From an uncultured Clostridia bacterium (GTDB lineage Bacteria; Bacillota; Clostridia; TANB77; CAG-508): DNA of 64,000 nucleotides. The stretch is from the NCBI GenBank assembly GCA_944391865.1, contig CALXVD010000005.1:144-64143 (forward strand), read 5' to 3'. Both the position numbers and the translations under genes were made by a program. Below are positions 40,803-50,851 of the stretch, in pieces (within the stretch, counting starts at the first letter, position 1; each line of letters begins with the position of its first letter). The notes beneath the pieces are model-generated. The model saw only the letters and a program-made list of their open reading frames with translations, was not told the origin of the DNA and ran no database searches.

Positions 40803-42221
40803 TTATTTTACATTATCGTGAACTTCTTGTCTTCCTGTATTTGTTTGCTCAAATTCACCATTTCCCGCTCTTTCTTGTACTTGTTTAGTTCCTTCTTCAA
40901 ACTCTTTTTTCTGTTTAGGAGTCCAATCATAAAATGGATCGTCTTTTCCATTTGTTTCCTCTTTGCTTGACCTTAACCCTAATTGCTCATCAACTTCTGA
41001 TACTTCATAATTATTTCTAGAATCTCTAACAACAAGATTTTTATCTATCAAGCCAAGTTTTCCTATTCCAGTAAAATTATAATTTATTATAAAATTCTCT
41101 GGTTTTTCTTTAAGATCTAAACACATTAAATATTCTTCTAAATTTTCAGTATTATTTTCTAGTAAATAATTAGAAATATTAGGGTCAGCTTTAATTAGTG
41201 TTTTAAGTGATACTTTCATTTGGTTTCTTTTATTAAATTTTCTTAATGCAGAAAACGCCTTTATTCTATCTCTTAATTTTAAAGTTTCTCTCTTTTCAGT
41301 TTCTCCATTTGCTTTTGTAAATTGATATGTATTTGTTTGTCCGTCATAGTATATTAATTTAATATCTTCTACTTCTTCTTGAGTTAGTTCTTCTTCCTGT
41401 ACTGATTCATCATCATAAGGTGTAAAAGTATATGCTGGCTCTGTTTGTTCTGGCTCAGTTTGTCCTGGTTCTGTTTGTCCTGGTTCTGTTTGTCCTGGTT
41501 CTGTTTGTCCTAGTTCTGTTTGTTCTGGCTCTGTTTGTCCTAGTTCTGTTTGTTTTGGCTCTGTTTGTCCTAGTTCTGTTTGTTTTGGCTTTTGCTTTTC
41601 TACTTTCTTTTCCTCTTTAGGAAAAACTCTTCCTTTAATTTTTTCAATTTCTATGTCACATTGTTTGATTCCAGCATCTAATGCTTTTTCATCTTTCTCT
41701 TGTTCATTTAACACTGCATATAAATCCATTATTTGCTCGTCAGATTTTTTATCAGGATTACCTAAATTTACAAAGTATTCTTCTATTTTTATTTTTGTTT
41801 TATTCATCTTTAGTCTTTGCTCTCTTAATTTTAATTCAAGCTCTTGTTTTTTCTCATTTAAATTTTTAATTGTTGCATCAGCTTTTCCTTCTAGAGTTCC
41901 CTCAAGTTTTTCTCTAATAGTTCCTTCGGCTTTTCTCTCCATTTGCGTCTTATTATTTATAAATTTAATTTGTTCAGTCAATTTTGTTCTATCTTCTTCT
42001 AGATGTTTTATCCTCGCATTTAATCTTTCTTCCATGTCCGCATCTTCTGGAATTCTATCTGGGTTTAAATGAGAAATAGTTTCTTTATACCCTTTAATTC
42101 CTTCTTCCATTTTCTTAACAAGTTCTTCTTTTTCCTTAATGTCTTTAGACAGTTTGTTTTCTTGTTCTACAAAATCGAAAAATTGTTTTGAAATTTTCTT
42201 AACTTCACTTACTTCATCCAT
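40803..42221 (-). CDS. Hypothetical coiled-coil protein with an internal (K/E/G)QTE(LGQTE)P tandem repeat
   Basis: Intact 472-aa ORF with a long charged helical N-terminal half. No family was recognised. Confidence 0.5.
   Translation of the reverse strand: MDEVSEVKKISKQFFDFVEQENKLSKDIKEKEELVKKMEEGIKGYKETISHLNPDRIPEDADMEERLNARIKHLEEDRTKLTEQIKFINNKTQMERKAEGTIREKLEGTLEGKADATIKNLNEKKQELELKLREQRLKMNKTKIKIEEYFVNLGNPDKKSDEQIMDLYAVLNEQEKDEKALDAGIKQCDIEIEKIKGRVFPKEEKKVEKQKPKQTELGQTEPKQTELGQTEPEQTELGQTEPGQTEPGQTEPGQTEPEQTEPAYTFTPYDDESVQEEELTQEEVEDIKLIYYDGQTNTYQFTKANGETEKRETLKLRDRIKAFSALRKFNKRNQMKVSLKTLIKADPNISNYLLENNTENLEEYLMCLDLKEKPENFIINYNFTGIGKLGLIDKNLVVRDSRNNYEVSEVDEQLGLRSSKEETNGKDDPFYDWTPKQKKEFEEGTKQVQERAGNGEFEQTNTGRQEVHDNVK
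41441..41590 (-). repeat. In-frame 15/30-nt tandem repeat encoding GQTEP / KQTELGQTEP units
   Basis: The plus strand reads ggttctgtttgtcct reiterated, with variants ggctctgtttgtcctagttctgtttgtttt. Confidence 0.85.
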
Positions 42222-42332
42222 AAAAAATTCCTCCTCTTACTTCACTCTATTATAGTATAAAGTTATATCCTTTGTCTTTTCTCTTATGCAAATTATTATA
42301 TAATAAATTAAATATATACACTTAGCAAGTTT

Positions 42333-43813
42333 TTATCTTGTTTCTCCGCTATTTGTTGGTACATTTCTTTGGTCAAGTCTACTTCTAGAATCTCTGCTTC
42401 CTCTTGCTACTACTGGTGGTTGATTTATAGCAGTTTTCCCAACATTTTTACGTAAATTATTTAATAAACCAAATCTATCTTGTCTTCTTTTTGTTTTTCC
42501 ATCGTAGTATGATATCATCTTTTCTTTTAAATTATTTATGCGTTCATCATCTCTGCTAAAAGCAGTTTTAATTCTTCTCATTATATCTCCTCTTCTAGCA
42601 TCATATAATAAACAGCTATATTTAATTTTTTGAAGTACATCACTCTCAAATGCTTCTATTTCTTTTGGTGTTTTTTCTCCAAAATCCCTATTAAAATCGT
42701 TTATTTCTTGAGACATATTTTCTAAATCTACATCTATTTTTTCTGGATCTACTCCTAATTCACTTGCTCTGTTTCTTAAAATGATTCTTAGCTTTCCTCT
42801 ATTTATCGGTCCAAGATGTTCTATAATAGATGCAATATCTCCATATCCCATACCATCTAACATCTCTATTTGATTTCCTGAGTTTCTTAAATTTCTTAAT
42901 ATATTAACGGCATCTTTTCTTGAATTACATTGGGTTGATATTGCTGGCAAATCTGACTCTTGTTCTTCTTGGTCAATAGTTTCCTGAGGATATACCATTC
43001 CACCTTGTCCGACCATTACCTCCACCTTGAGTTCCTCTTTCTGCTTGCTGAGTTATAGGTCGTCCATTATTTTCAGTGTCTTGTAATTTTATATTATTTT
43101 TTCCTAACAATTCTAATAACTTTCTTTTATTATCCCTCATCTGTCTAGCAAAGCTAGCTTGTTGTGCTTCTTGTTCTGCAATTGTTTTTCCAGGATTACT
43201 TGAATCAAATACCGTTAACATATCTATTTTTTCTTGTACATTATCCATTTTTTTAGAATTAGCTTTTAATTTTCCTCTTACTTCTGCCAATTCCTCATCG
43301 TGTCCAATTATTCCAGTATGCTGCTCTTCTTGCCCTTCGAGTTCTGCTTGCTCTTCTTTTAATTGCTCTAGTTTTTCATTTAACCTTTTCAATTCTTGTT
43401 TCTCTCTTGTTATAATATCAGCATTTTCTTTTACGATTTCTTCCTGTTTTTTTAATACAGCTAATGCTAACTCACTACAAGATTTAGTACAAGCTTCTCT
43501 TATGCTTTTCAAATCCTCTAACAATTTGTTTGTTTTACTTTCATCCATTGCTTTCTCGTTAAAATTGTCTGCTATATATTTTATTAAATCATCTAAGTCT
43601 ATATCATCTGGATCTCCGTTTTTAGAAAGTGCTTGCCAAAATTCGTATCCATCAGCATAATCACTTTTATCTGGATCTCCGAACATTTTTAAATTCTGGC
43701 ATTTCTTTAATAAACTCTTTGCATACTATTTTTAGGTCTACTTCCATGCTTTCCAAACTATGTTTTATACTAGCAACATCATTTGCAAACATGCTGTTAT
43801 CAAAATTTAACAA
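42333..43813 (-). CDS. Hypothetical coiled-coil protein (about 492 aa after joining three pieces by +1 shifts at CGG 43679-43681 and 43009-43011)
   Basis: TTG start 6 nt after GGGAGGG. The junctions are aat gtt CGG Aga tcc (EFKNV-G-DPDKSDY) and aat ggt CGG Aca agg (GGGNG-G-QGGMVYPQE). Confidence 0.55.
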
Positions 43814-43814
43814 C

Positions 43815-43937
43815 TTAATCCCTCCCAATTATTTTTAAAAGTTGCATAATTTTATTGTATAATTCCTGACTTTTTTTCATATTTTCTTTATTCTTAGCAA
43901 ATTCATCCTGTGTTCTTTCAATCTCATTTTTATCCAT
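43815..43937 (-). CDS. Small (40 aa) helical protein preceding the coiled-coil gene
   Basis: AGGAG RBS 8 nt upstream. The sequence is MDKNEIERTQDEFAKNKENMKKSQELYNKIMQLLKIIGRD, and its stop lies 1 nt before the next start. Confidence 0.35.
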   Translation of the reverse strand: MDKNEIERTQDEFAKNKENMKKSQELYNKIMQLLKIIGRD

Positions 43938-44024
43938 AGTTTAATCTCCTATCTATTAAAGATTAACACATTATTCTTTTCTATTATATCATTTTATAAT
44001 GTTTATGTCAATTTTTGTCAAAAC

Positions 44025-44803
44025 GAATTTTTTCGTTTGTGTCATTTTTTAAGTGTTCATTTCCTTATATTTCCATCTTTAATATTGAATCTTCTGCAGT
44101 TTTCCTCGCATAAAGTGATCATTGAACATGTAATCTCTGTCAATTCTTCCATTTAGCCTTTCTATTTCTGTTCTCATTTTGTATTTTGCCTTGAATTTCT
44201 TACTCTCTCTTGCTACTGGTGTATATATTCTATAGTCTGTTTCTAATGGTATTCTGTATATCTTTTTTCTCTTTTATATTTAGTATATCGTAGACTATTG
44301 TTTTATTTGTCATATCCTGCATCTCCCGTTAGATTTTTCATTTTATCCAATGTATCTTTCTTCATCTCTGTCCATTTCTTTTATCATATTATCCAATTCT
44401 ACTTGTTCTGAATTTGTTCTCCTCTATCATCATTTGCCTTATTCTCATAAAATTGATTTCCATATGAATCTAAATATTTTCCGTCTACTGCACAGTCTTT
44501 TCCAAAATCTCCTAAATTTTCAATTTCAGTATAGTCAAATATTGAAATTTGTGATATATTATTCATAGATTTTTCAACTCCTTTGATTTTGTTTTTTAGC
44601 AATTACATTATATCAAATTCGAGTTAAAAAATCCACAAAAACACTTGAAAAATCAAGTGTTTTTGCTATTCCTGTCGTGATTTTTTAAATATCTTATTTT
44701 TATACATATTTTTCTCTTAAAACTGCATAACTTCATGTCGTTAAGTCTTTTGATGATTTTTTAGTCTTACTTACTAAAGGGGTTTAGACAAACGAAAAAA
44801 TTC
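44025..44803 (-). mobile_element. Internally deleted (non-autonomous) IS derivative, copy A
   Basis: Perfect 16-bp terminal inverted repeats GAATTTTTTCGTTTGT / ACAAACGAAAAAATTC. Only transposase remnants remain (MNNISQISIFDYTEIENLGDFGKDCAVDGKYL...). Confidence 0.75.
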
Positions 44804-44890
44804 TTATATCTAAATTATTATATAATAGAAAATAGTGGATAGAGTCTAAATATCCTCTTTCCACTACTCACAATAACACAATTATTTTAA

Positions 44891-45565
44891 TTACATTTTT
44901 TCTACAACAGCATTTGTTAAGTCTGGTCTTGCTACATTTTCATCTTTGACTGTATCTAGTTTAATGTTTTCATTAATAACAGTTTTAAATGAAATAAATA
45001 AATATTTTTTATAAAATTCTTCAATTTCCATTATAAGTCCAGTTTCTTTATCAATTGTATATTTTTTAACATTAGATCCATTTTTTAATTGTATAACTAT
45101 TGCTTTTCGCCCAGAAAAATCTTTCTCTCCAAGATATTTGTACTCAAAATTTTCATCTAAAATTTCAGAATAATCTACTCCATATTGTGTATTTTCTTGT
45201 TTTTTTGCATCATTTGTTATTGTTGCAGTAGTAGCATCTCCTGATTTAGAAATAAAAATTCTTTCTCCTGTATTGTAATCAGTCCATTCTGTTAATTGGG
45301 AATTAATATAATATGCCATTACGTTATCTTTAATATAGATATCTGCTTTTAAAGGTTCTTCTGTTGCTGGTGGATTAGACTCAGGACTTGAATAATAATT
45401 TGAATATGAAGTTCCTTTTTTTACTAATTCGATAACTTCACTTCTTCCCATTGTATTAGTTTTATCTAATCCCAAATTGTTCCAAACAATAAATTCTCTT
45501 ATTATAAAAATTAAAAAAAGTAATATGATTATTAAAAGAACAAATATTGCAACTTTTTTTCCCAT
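44891..45565 (-). CDS. Hypothetical membrane-anchored protein (LolA-like/DUF4367-like fold possible)
   Basis: N-terminal TM helix followed by a beta-rich ectodomain. The frame is intact. Confidence 0.4.
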   Translation of the reverse strand: MGKKVAIFVLLIIILLFLIFIIREFIVWNNLGLDKTNTMGRSEVIELVKKGTSYSNYYSSPESNPPATEEPLKADIYIKDNVMAYYINSQLTEWTDYNTGERIFISKSGDATTATITNDAKKQENTQYGVDYSEILDENFEYKYLGEKDFSGRKAIVIQLKNGSNVKKYTIDKETGLIMEIEEFYKKYLFISFKTVINENIKLDTVKDENVARPDLTNAVVEKM

Positions 45566-45721
45566 TTTTCTCCCCCTTTTTTATTAGATTATAGCATACA
45601 TTGCTTTATAGTCAATATATTTGCAAAACCTTACAAAACAATATATTTTACGACATTTTTTGACAATGAATATTCTATTTTTTTGAATTTTTTTAATGAA
45701 TAGATATACATTCAAAAGCGA

Positions 45722-45752
45722 AAACTCCAGCTCATATTAAGCTGGAGTTTTT
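45722..45752 (-). terminator. Terminator after the displaced cgs 3' copy
   Basis: The minus strand reads ctccagct-taatatg-agctggag followed by tttt. Confidence 0.6.
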
Positions 45753-45753
45753 G

Positions 45754-46239
45754 CTATAATATTACCTCAATTTCGTTTATTGAGCCATTGTCTTCTAGTT
45801 TTATTTGCTTTTCTTCTATTTCTCGCCCATTAAAGTAAAATTTTTGATTTTCCCCTGTGCATTTTCCATTTGGATTTTTTACTTTTATATTATATATACT
45901 AGTTTTGTACCTATATCTTATGCTATATTCTTCCCATTTGCTGGATATACAAGGGTTAATGCTCAGCATACTTTCTTTTACTTTTAAGCCTAGTATATCT
46001 TCTAGTCCTACCTTACAAAACCAACTACTTGAACCTGTGTACCAAGTCCAACCTCCTCTTCCTTGAAGATTATTTGCTCCATATACATCTGCTGCTATTA
46101 CATATGGCTCTACTTTGTATTTTCTTGCAGCGTCTTTTGTTCTAGAATGTTCAATAGGGTTTACCATTCTATAATATTCTACTGCTTTATCTCCAAAGCC
46201 TAGTTTGCTATATGCCATTATTGCCCACATTGCAGCGTG
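45754..46239 (-). pseudogene. Promoterless duplicate of the last ~160 codons of the cyclic glucan synthase gene
   Basis: It is identical to 54548-55033 (offset 8,794 bp) except for the last ~35 nt and the stop codon (TAG versus TAA). Identity ends at ...cattgcagcgtg. Confidence 0.85.
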
Positions 46240-47171
46240 AGCCTTTTGTTGCATTTATTACTTTCTTTGCTCTTTCAAAATCTTCTTTACTTATAATAGC
46301 TTCATGCATATTCTCTACTTTTATCCAGTCTTCTTCTGGTAAATCTATAAACTTTTTAGATTTAAAACTTACTTTCTTTCTTTTTCCTTGTATCACTGTT
46401 CCTGTGTAAATTTCATTTGAAAGAATAAATCTTACTGTAGATTGTTGCCATAGTCCATAAGTTAGAGACTTTGTTCCCCTTTTTCTCTTGTTATAATCTG
46501 ATGGAATTGGAATTTTCTTTTTACTTAAGTAATCTGCTATTTGCATTGTACCAAAACCTGCTAAATACTTTGCATATATTAGTTTTACAACATTTGCTGC
46601 TTCTTCATCTATTATTAAATGGTATTTATTTTCTGGATCTTTTTTATAGCCATAAGGTGCTGTTCCTAAATATTCTCCAAGATTTCTTTTTGATTGTAAT
46701 ACACTATTTATTTTCTTTGATGTATCTTTTGCATACATTTCATTTAATATTGATTTAAATGGTGCTATATCATTGTTTGATGTATCATAAGCCGTATCTA
46801 TATTGTCTAATATTGCAACAAACCTTACTTCATGTTCTGGAAAATATGTTTCAATGTATAATCCTGATTGCACATAATTTCTACCTAGTCTTGATAAGTC
46901 TTTTGTTACTACCATATTGATTTTACCGAGCTTCTATATCTTGAATCATTCTATTAAATGCTGGTCTATCAAAACTTGTACCACTTACACCATCATCAAC
47001 ATATTCTGATATAAAGTTTAATTTGTTCTCTTTGATATATTGCATTAGCAAAGTTCTTTGGTTTCCAATACTTTCGCTTTCTTGATATTTTTCTTTTTCT
47101 TCATCTTCTCTTGAAAGCCTTATATATATGCCTACTTTATAATCAATATTATTCATTATTGTATAGCTCAC
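46240..47171 (-). pseudogene. Large serine recombinase truncated after the recombinase domain. It also carries a +1 CGG site at 46925-46927.
   Basis: YIRLSREDE (catalytic Ser region). The junction gaa gct CGG Taa restores DIEA-G-KINMVVTKDLSRLGRNY. The zinc-ribbon and coiled-coil C-terminal half is missing, and the frame runs into the cgs fragment at 46239. Confidence 0.75.
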
Positions 47172-47270
47172 ATTTACCTCCTTCTTATGCTATTTAAAGA
47201 TAATGAGATAATATTGATACTCTTTGCAAGTATTATAACATATTATCTCATTAAATACCATTATTTTACT

Positions 47271-47411
47271 TTAATTTTTCTTTAGACAATAATTTCCAAA
47301 TGCTCTTTCTATAATCTTTTCTAACGCTTCTCCTTTTTCATTAAATATAATATTTATTTTAAAATTGTTTTTCTTTTTATACTTTTTCTTTTCTATCTTT
47401 TCTTCTTGCAT
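47271..47411 (-). CDS. Small basic ORF (46 aa) upstream of the recombinase
   Basis: AAAGGAG RBS and the sequence MQEEKIEKKKYKKKNNFKINIIFNEKGEALEKIIERAFGNYCLKKN. It is below the ORF-track cutoff. Confidence 0.25.
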   Translation of the reverse strand: MQEEKIEKKKYKKKNNFKINIIFNEKGEALEKIIERAFGNYCLKKN

Positions 47412-47604
47412 AAATTTCACTCCTTTAGTTGTAATTATTTCCAAATTCTCCTTTCTTTATACAATACACTTTCTTATATCTTATAAATTCAAAAACTACA
47501 AGTGGTAAACACCCATATGAGATTTGCCCTCATTCCTCTTTTTAGAGAATCGCCCCTTTACATCACGTTAGCCAGGCGAAAGTTTCATTATCTGTGCTTA
47601 TAGT

Positions 47605-47633
47605 TTGCTATTCAATTTTCAATGTACTATAAT
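47605..47633 (+). promoter_or_regulatory. Sigma-A-type promoter candidate for the 47786 gene
   Basis: TTGCTA, a 17-nt spacer, then TATAAT. Confidence 0.45.
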
Positions 47634-47785
47634 AGAAAATAATTATTTGCACGTGCCATTTTCTATCTTGATAAAATCATTATAAAATGCTAAAATAGTG
47701 TTGTAAATAGATTTGTGTAAGTCTATAGATAAATTAAGAATTGAAATAGCTATATTCTATTTTGGGAAATGGAGGAAACTTTGAT

Positions 47786-49067
47786 ATGATAACTAATTTC
47801 ACACTTAAGAATAATAAAATTGTAATAAAAAATAATCGGAGAGTTTTTTGGTGCTACTCATGATTTTGAATATAATATTGGAGATAAATTATATGAATTT
47901 GCAATAATGAGTTATGAAGATTTTGATAAATTGAAAACAATATATACCCAATTAATAGAACTTGTATGTACTGCCAAAGAATCAAATACCATGGATGAAA
48001 AATTGGATTGTTTCTTTAAATTGTTTCAAATAGTTAGAGCGTGTTTAGAATTTTCGCCATATACTCATTTTTATACACAAGTCTTAATAGATATAATTGT
48101 GAAAACATATAATTCTAAAGTATTTAGAACTGACCTATTATTTAAATCTCAAATTGGCGTTTTTATTGAAAATCCAAAATACTATGCTAAAGAATTTTAT
48201 GAAGATTTAAAAGAAAATCCGTATACAATAGAACTTATACTTCACGAATTTACTGATAATATTGAAAAAGTATCAACTAAAAAACATAATGAATATATAA
48301 AATACTTTAAAACTATAAGAGACTTATTAATAGAAAACCTTATGGAAAAAAAGACTGATTTAAAAAAGAGAATAGAATTGATAAGTAAATATTCTAATAA
48401 CTCTATTGTAAGAAATTTAAGTACAGAAGAAAGACTATATTTATATGAGGCAAAAAGAGTTTTTGACATACACTATCTTAATACTAATCCAGCACATGCA
48501 ATTTTTTTAGATACTAAATTTAAAACAAAATATGTATGTGATAAAGAGTTATCACTACAAGAAAGAAGATTAGATGTAGAGGATGTAGTTAAATTAATAA
48601 AAGAAAAGCATATGGCAGTAGAAGAAGTCTATGAATTGGAAAATACTGAAGAACAAATTAGATTTGAGTTATTTAAAGTAATTCAAAATAATTTTACTAT
48701 CAATAAATGTGAAAATTGTGGAAAATTATTTATTCCTGTAACCAGTAGTAAAAATCCAAATCAAAAAGGAAGAAATGACCAAAAATATTGCAATAACTTA
48801 TATTTAGATACTGGAAAAACTTGTAAAGAAATTGGAGCTATTTATAAACAAAAAGAAAAAGTTCAAAATAGTTCAATTTTAAAGGAATACAACAGAGAAT
48901 ATAAAAGAATGCATGGTTTACACTATAATCATACGAAAGAATTTAAAGAAAAACAATTCAAAGAATGGTCTGAAAAAGCTAGAGAATTAAGAGATACTTA
49001 TACTAATGAACAAATAGAAGATTTTAAAATAGAATTGAAGAAATTAAGTGATTTGTATTGGAAATAG
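47786..49067 (+). CDS. Hypothetical island protein with a C-terminal Cys-rich (CxxC...C...C) motif. The N-terminus is extended by a +1 shift at CGG 47837-47839.
   Basis: ATG at 47786 lies 8 nt after GGAGG. The sequence aat aat CGG Aga gtt terminates in frame 0, whereas the +1 frame (NN-G-EFFGATHDFEYNIGDKLYEFAIMSYEDFDK) runs straight into ORF 47907-49067. Confidence 0.55.
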
Positions 49068-49214
49068 AAAAGTATACATATATTCAATTTTTCAATTTAC
49101 TAATACATATACTTTTATAATTCATATTTACTTAAAATTACTTTTAAGAAGGAATAGACTTCCTTTAATATCTAATACCTATACTGTATATATTCCATAA
49201 AATATATAATCTGA

Positions 49215-49345
49215 CTTAATATTAGAGCGTGGCACGAAAACCAGTGTTGTTATAGTTGTTATTAGGATTGTTGTAATTGCGATAGGCGACAGGATAATTG
49301 TTTCCATTATTGTTGTAATTGCCACCGCGAATAACACGATACGAA
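49215..49345 (-). other. DGR template repeat (TR)
   Basis: 131 bp homologous to the 3' end of the target gene. In the target frame it reads SYRVIRGGNYNNNGNNYPVAYRNYNNPNNNYNNTGFRATL, which is rich in AAY codons. Confidence 0.85.
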
Positions 49346-49359
49346 TGCCTTTTTAAAGT

Positions 49360-50373
49360 CTATCCCTCTATATAAAACATACTTTTTCTTAAATTATAAG
49401 AATCTGCATGTTTAACATAGCCTAGCCAACCTGCTATACTTCTTTGTATTTCAGGTAATGTTATTTTTCCTTCCTTTAATTGTTTTGTATATCTTTTTAG
49501 CTTTCTTTTCATTCTGCATTTACTTGTATGCCTTATTTTTAGTCTTTTTTCATTAATCTTATATCCACAAAAATTAACTCCCTGTATATCTTTAAAAATT
49601 CTTGTTTTTGAGTTTAGAGTTAACTTTAAATTTTCTTTTAAAAATTTTGTTATATTATTTAAAATATCTTTTGCAATTTCTTTATTCTTACACATTATAA
49701 CCATATCATCCATATATCTGTAATAATATTTGCACTTTAATTTGTGTTTAACATACTGATCTAATTCATTTAAATATATATTAGCAAACATTTGAGATGT
49801 ATAATTACCTAAAGGTAGTCCTACCATGCCTTCTGTAGATAATAAAATTTCTCTAGTTAACCATAGTAACTTTTTATCCTTCATTTTTCTTTTTAATATT
49901 TCCCAAAGTATTCTTTTGTCTATATTTTGAAAATACTTTGTAACATCCATTTTTAATATGTAATAATTCTTCCATTTAGATTTTGCACTTCTCATTGCAT
50001 TTTGAACATCTTTAGATGCTTTATGCATTCCTCTTCCTTCTATTCCAGCATATGATGTCGCCATAAATTGTGGTACAAAGTATGGCTTTATAAATTTTTC
50101 GACATACCACCTATGTACTACTCTATCCTTATATTCTGATGCCATAATTATTCTTTCTTTTGGCTCATATATTTTAAATTTTGTGTAACCACCATGTTTG
50201 TACGTACCATTTTTTATTTTTTTCTCTAATTCTAATAATTCTTGTTCTAGTTTTAACTCAAACAATATTATTTTTTTCTTTTCTCTTTTTCCACATCTTG
50301 CTTTTTTATGTGCTTTTAGTAAATTTTCAAACGATACTGAATTATCATATATATTTTTAATTGTTTTAGGCAT
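49360..50373 (-). CDS. Diversity-generating retroelement reverse transcriptase
   Basis: The YMDD catalytic box and LPLGNYTSQMFANIYL (the DGR-typical [I/L]GxxxSQ motif) are present. The size is about 337 aa. Confidence 0.85.
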   Translation of the reverse strand: MPKTIKNIYDNSVSFENLLKAHKKARCGKREKKKIILFELKLEQELLELEKKIKNGTYKHGGYTKFKIYEPKERIIMASEYKDRVVHRWYVEKFIKPYFVPQFMATSYAGIEGRGMHKASKDVQNAMRSAKSKWKNYYILKMDVTKYFQNIDKRILWEILKRKMKDKKLLWLTREILLSTEGMVGLPLGNYTSQMFANIYLNELDQYVKHKLKCKYYYRYMDDMVIMCKNKEIAKDILNNITKFLKENLKLTLNSKTRIFKDIQGVNFCGYKINEKRLKIRHTSKCRMKRKLKRYTKQLKEGKITLPEIQRSIAGWLGYVKHADSYNLRKSMFYIEG

Positions 50374-50734
50374 ATTTCTTCACCTCCAGAGATTTAATAA
50401 GTCCTCCTAAAATTTTTCCGATTTCAGCTAGTAACTCGTTGCTATGTTTGTATTTCTTTTCCTCTATCCATTTTTGATTATACATGATTCTTATACAAAT
50501 TCTTTGATAATATATATTACTATCAACAATGTTATATATTGGTAATCTTTTACTCTTATCTATTTTACTTGCGAAAAGAATATTCTTCATCATTTCATAC
50601 ATACTTGTTTTTACTTCTGTTCCTATACTAAATTTTTCTGTTCTTGGAAGTTTAAGTAATATTGTAAGCATATATTCAATATATTTTTCTATTTTCACTA
50701 TTATTACAAATCTGTTATCTTTGCTTTTCTCCAT
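50366..50734 (-). CDS. DGR accessory variability determinant (Avd, four-helix-bundle family)
   Basis: LKLPRTEKFSIGTEVKTSMYEM pattern, about 120 aa, basic, overlapping the RT start. Confidence 0.7.
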   Translation of the reverse strand: MEKSKDNRFVIIVKIEKYIEYMLTILLKLPRTEKFSIGTEVKTSMYEMMKNILFASKIDKSKRLPIYNIVDSNIYYQRICIRIMYNQKWIEEKKYKHSNELLAEIGKILGGLIKSLEVKKYA

Positions 50735-50851
50735 CTTTATATCAACTCCTATTAAAAAATATATAAAAAAGAAGGAGGAACTCTGAAATTTCAAAGTTCT
50801 CTCCCTCTGTCTGTGCTTGGATACAATTAAAGAATTTTACAGTGGTCAGTG

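Noticed and set aside
41441-41590. Interpreting the 15-nt tandem repeat as a CRISPR array or non-coding satellite
   Set aside because: It is in frame inside a long ORF and encodes GQTEP/KQTELGQTEP units.
45754-47171. A skin-element-like developmentally excised intervening element splitting the cgs gene
   Set aside because: The full-length cgs reading frame is already intact through copy B. The recombinase lacks its C-terminal half, and the flanks are 485-bp direct repeats rather than short att sites.
47500-47600. The GC-richer segment upstream of the island promoter (ctacaagtggtaaacacccatatgagatttgccctc...gccaggcgaaag) as a possible ncRNA or att site
   Set aside because: I could find only short direct similarities (gagatttgccc / gagaatcgccc). 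There is no convincing stem-loop architecture or known motif, so it is left unannotated.
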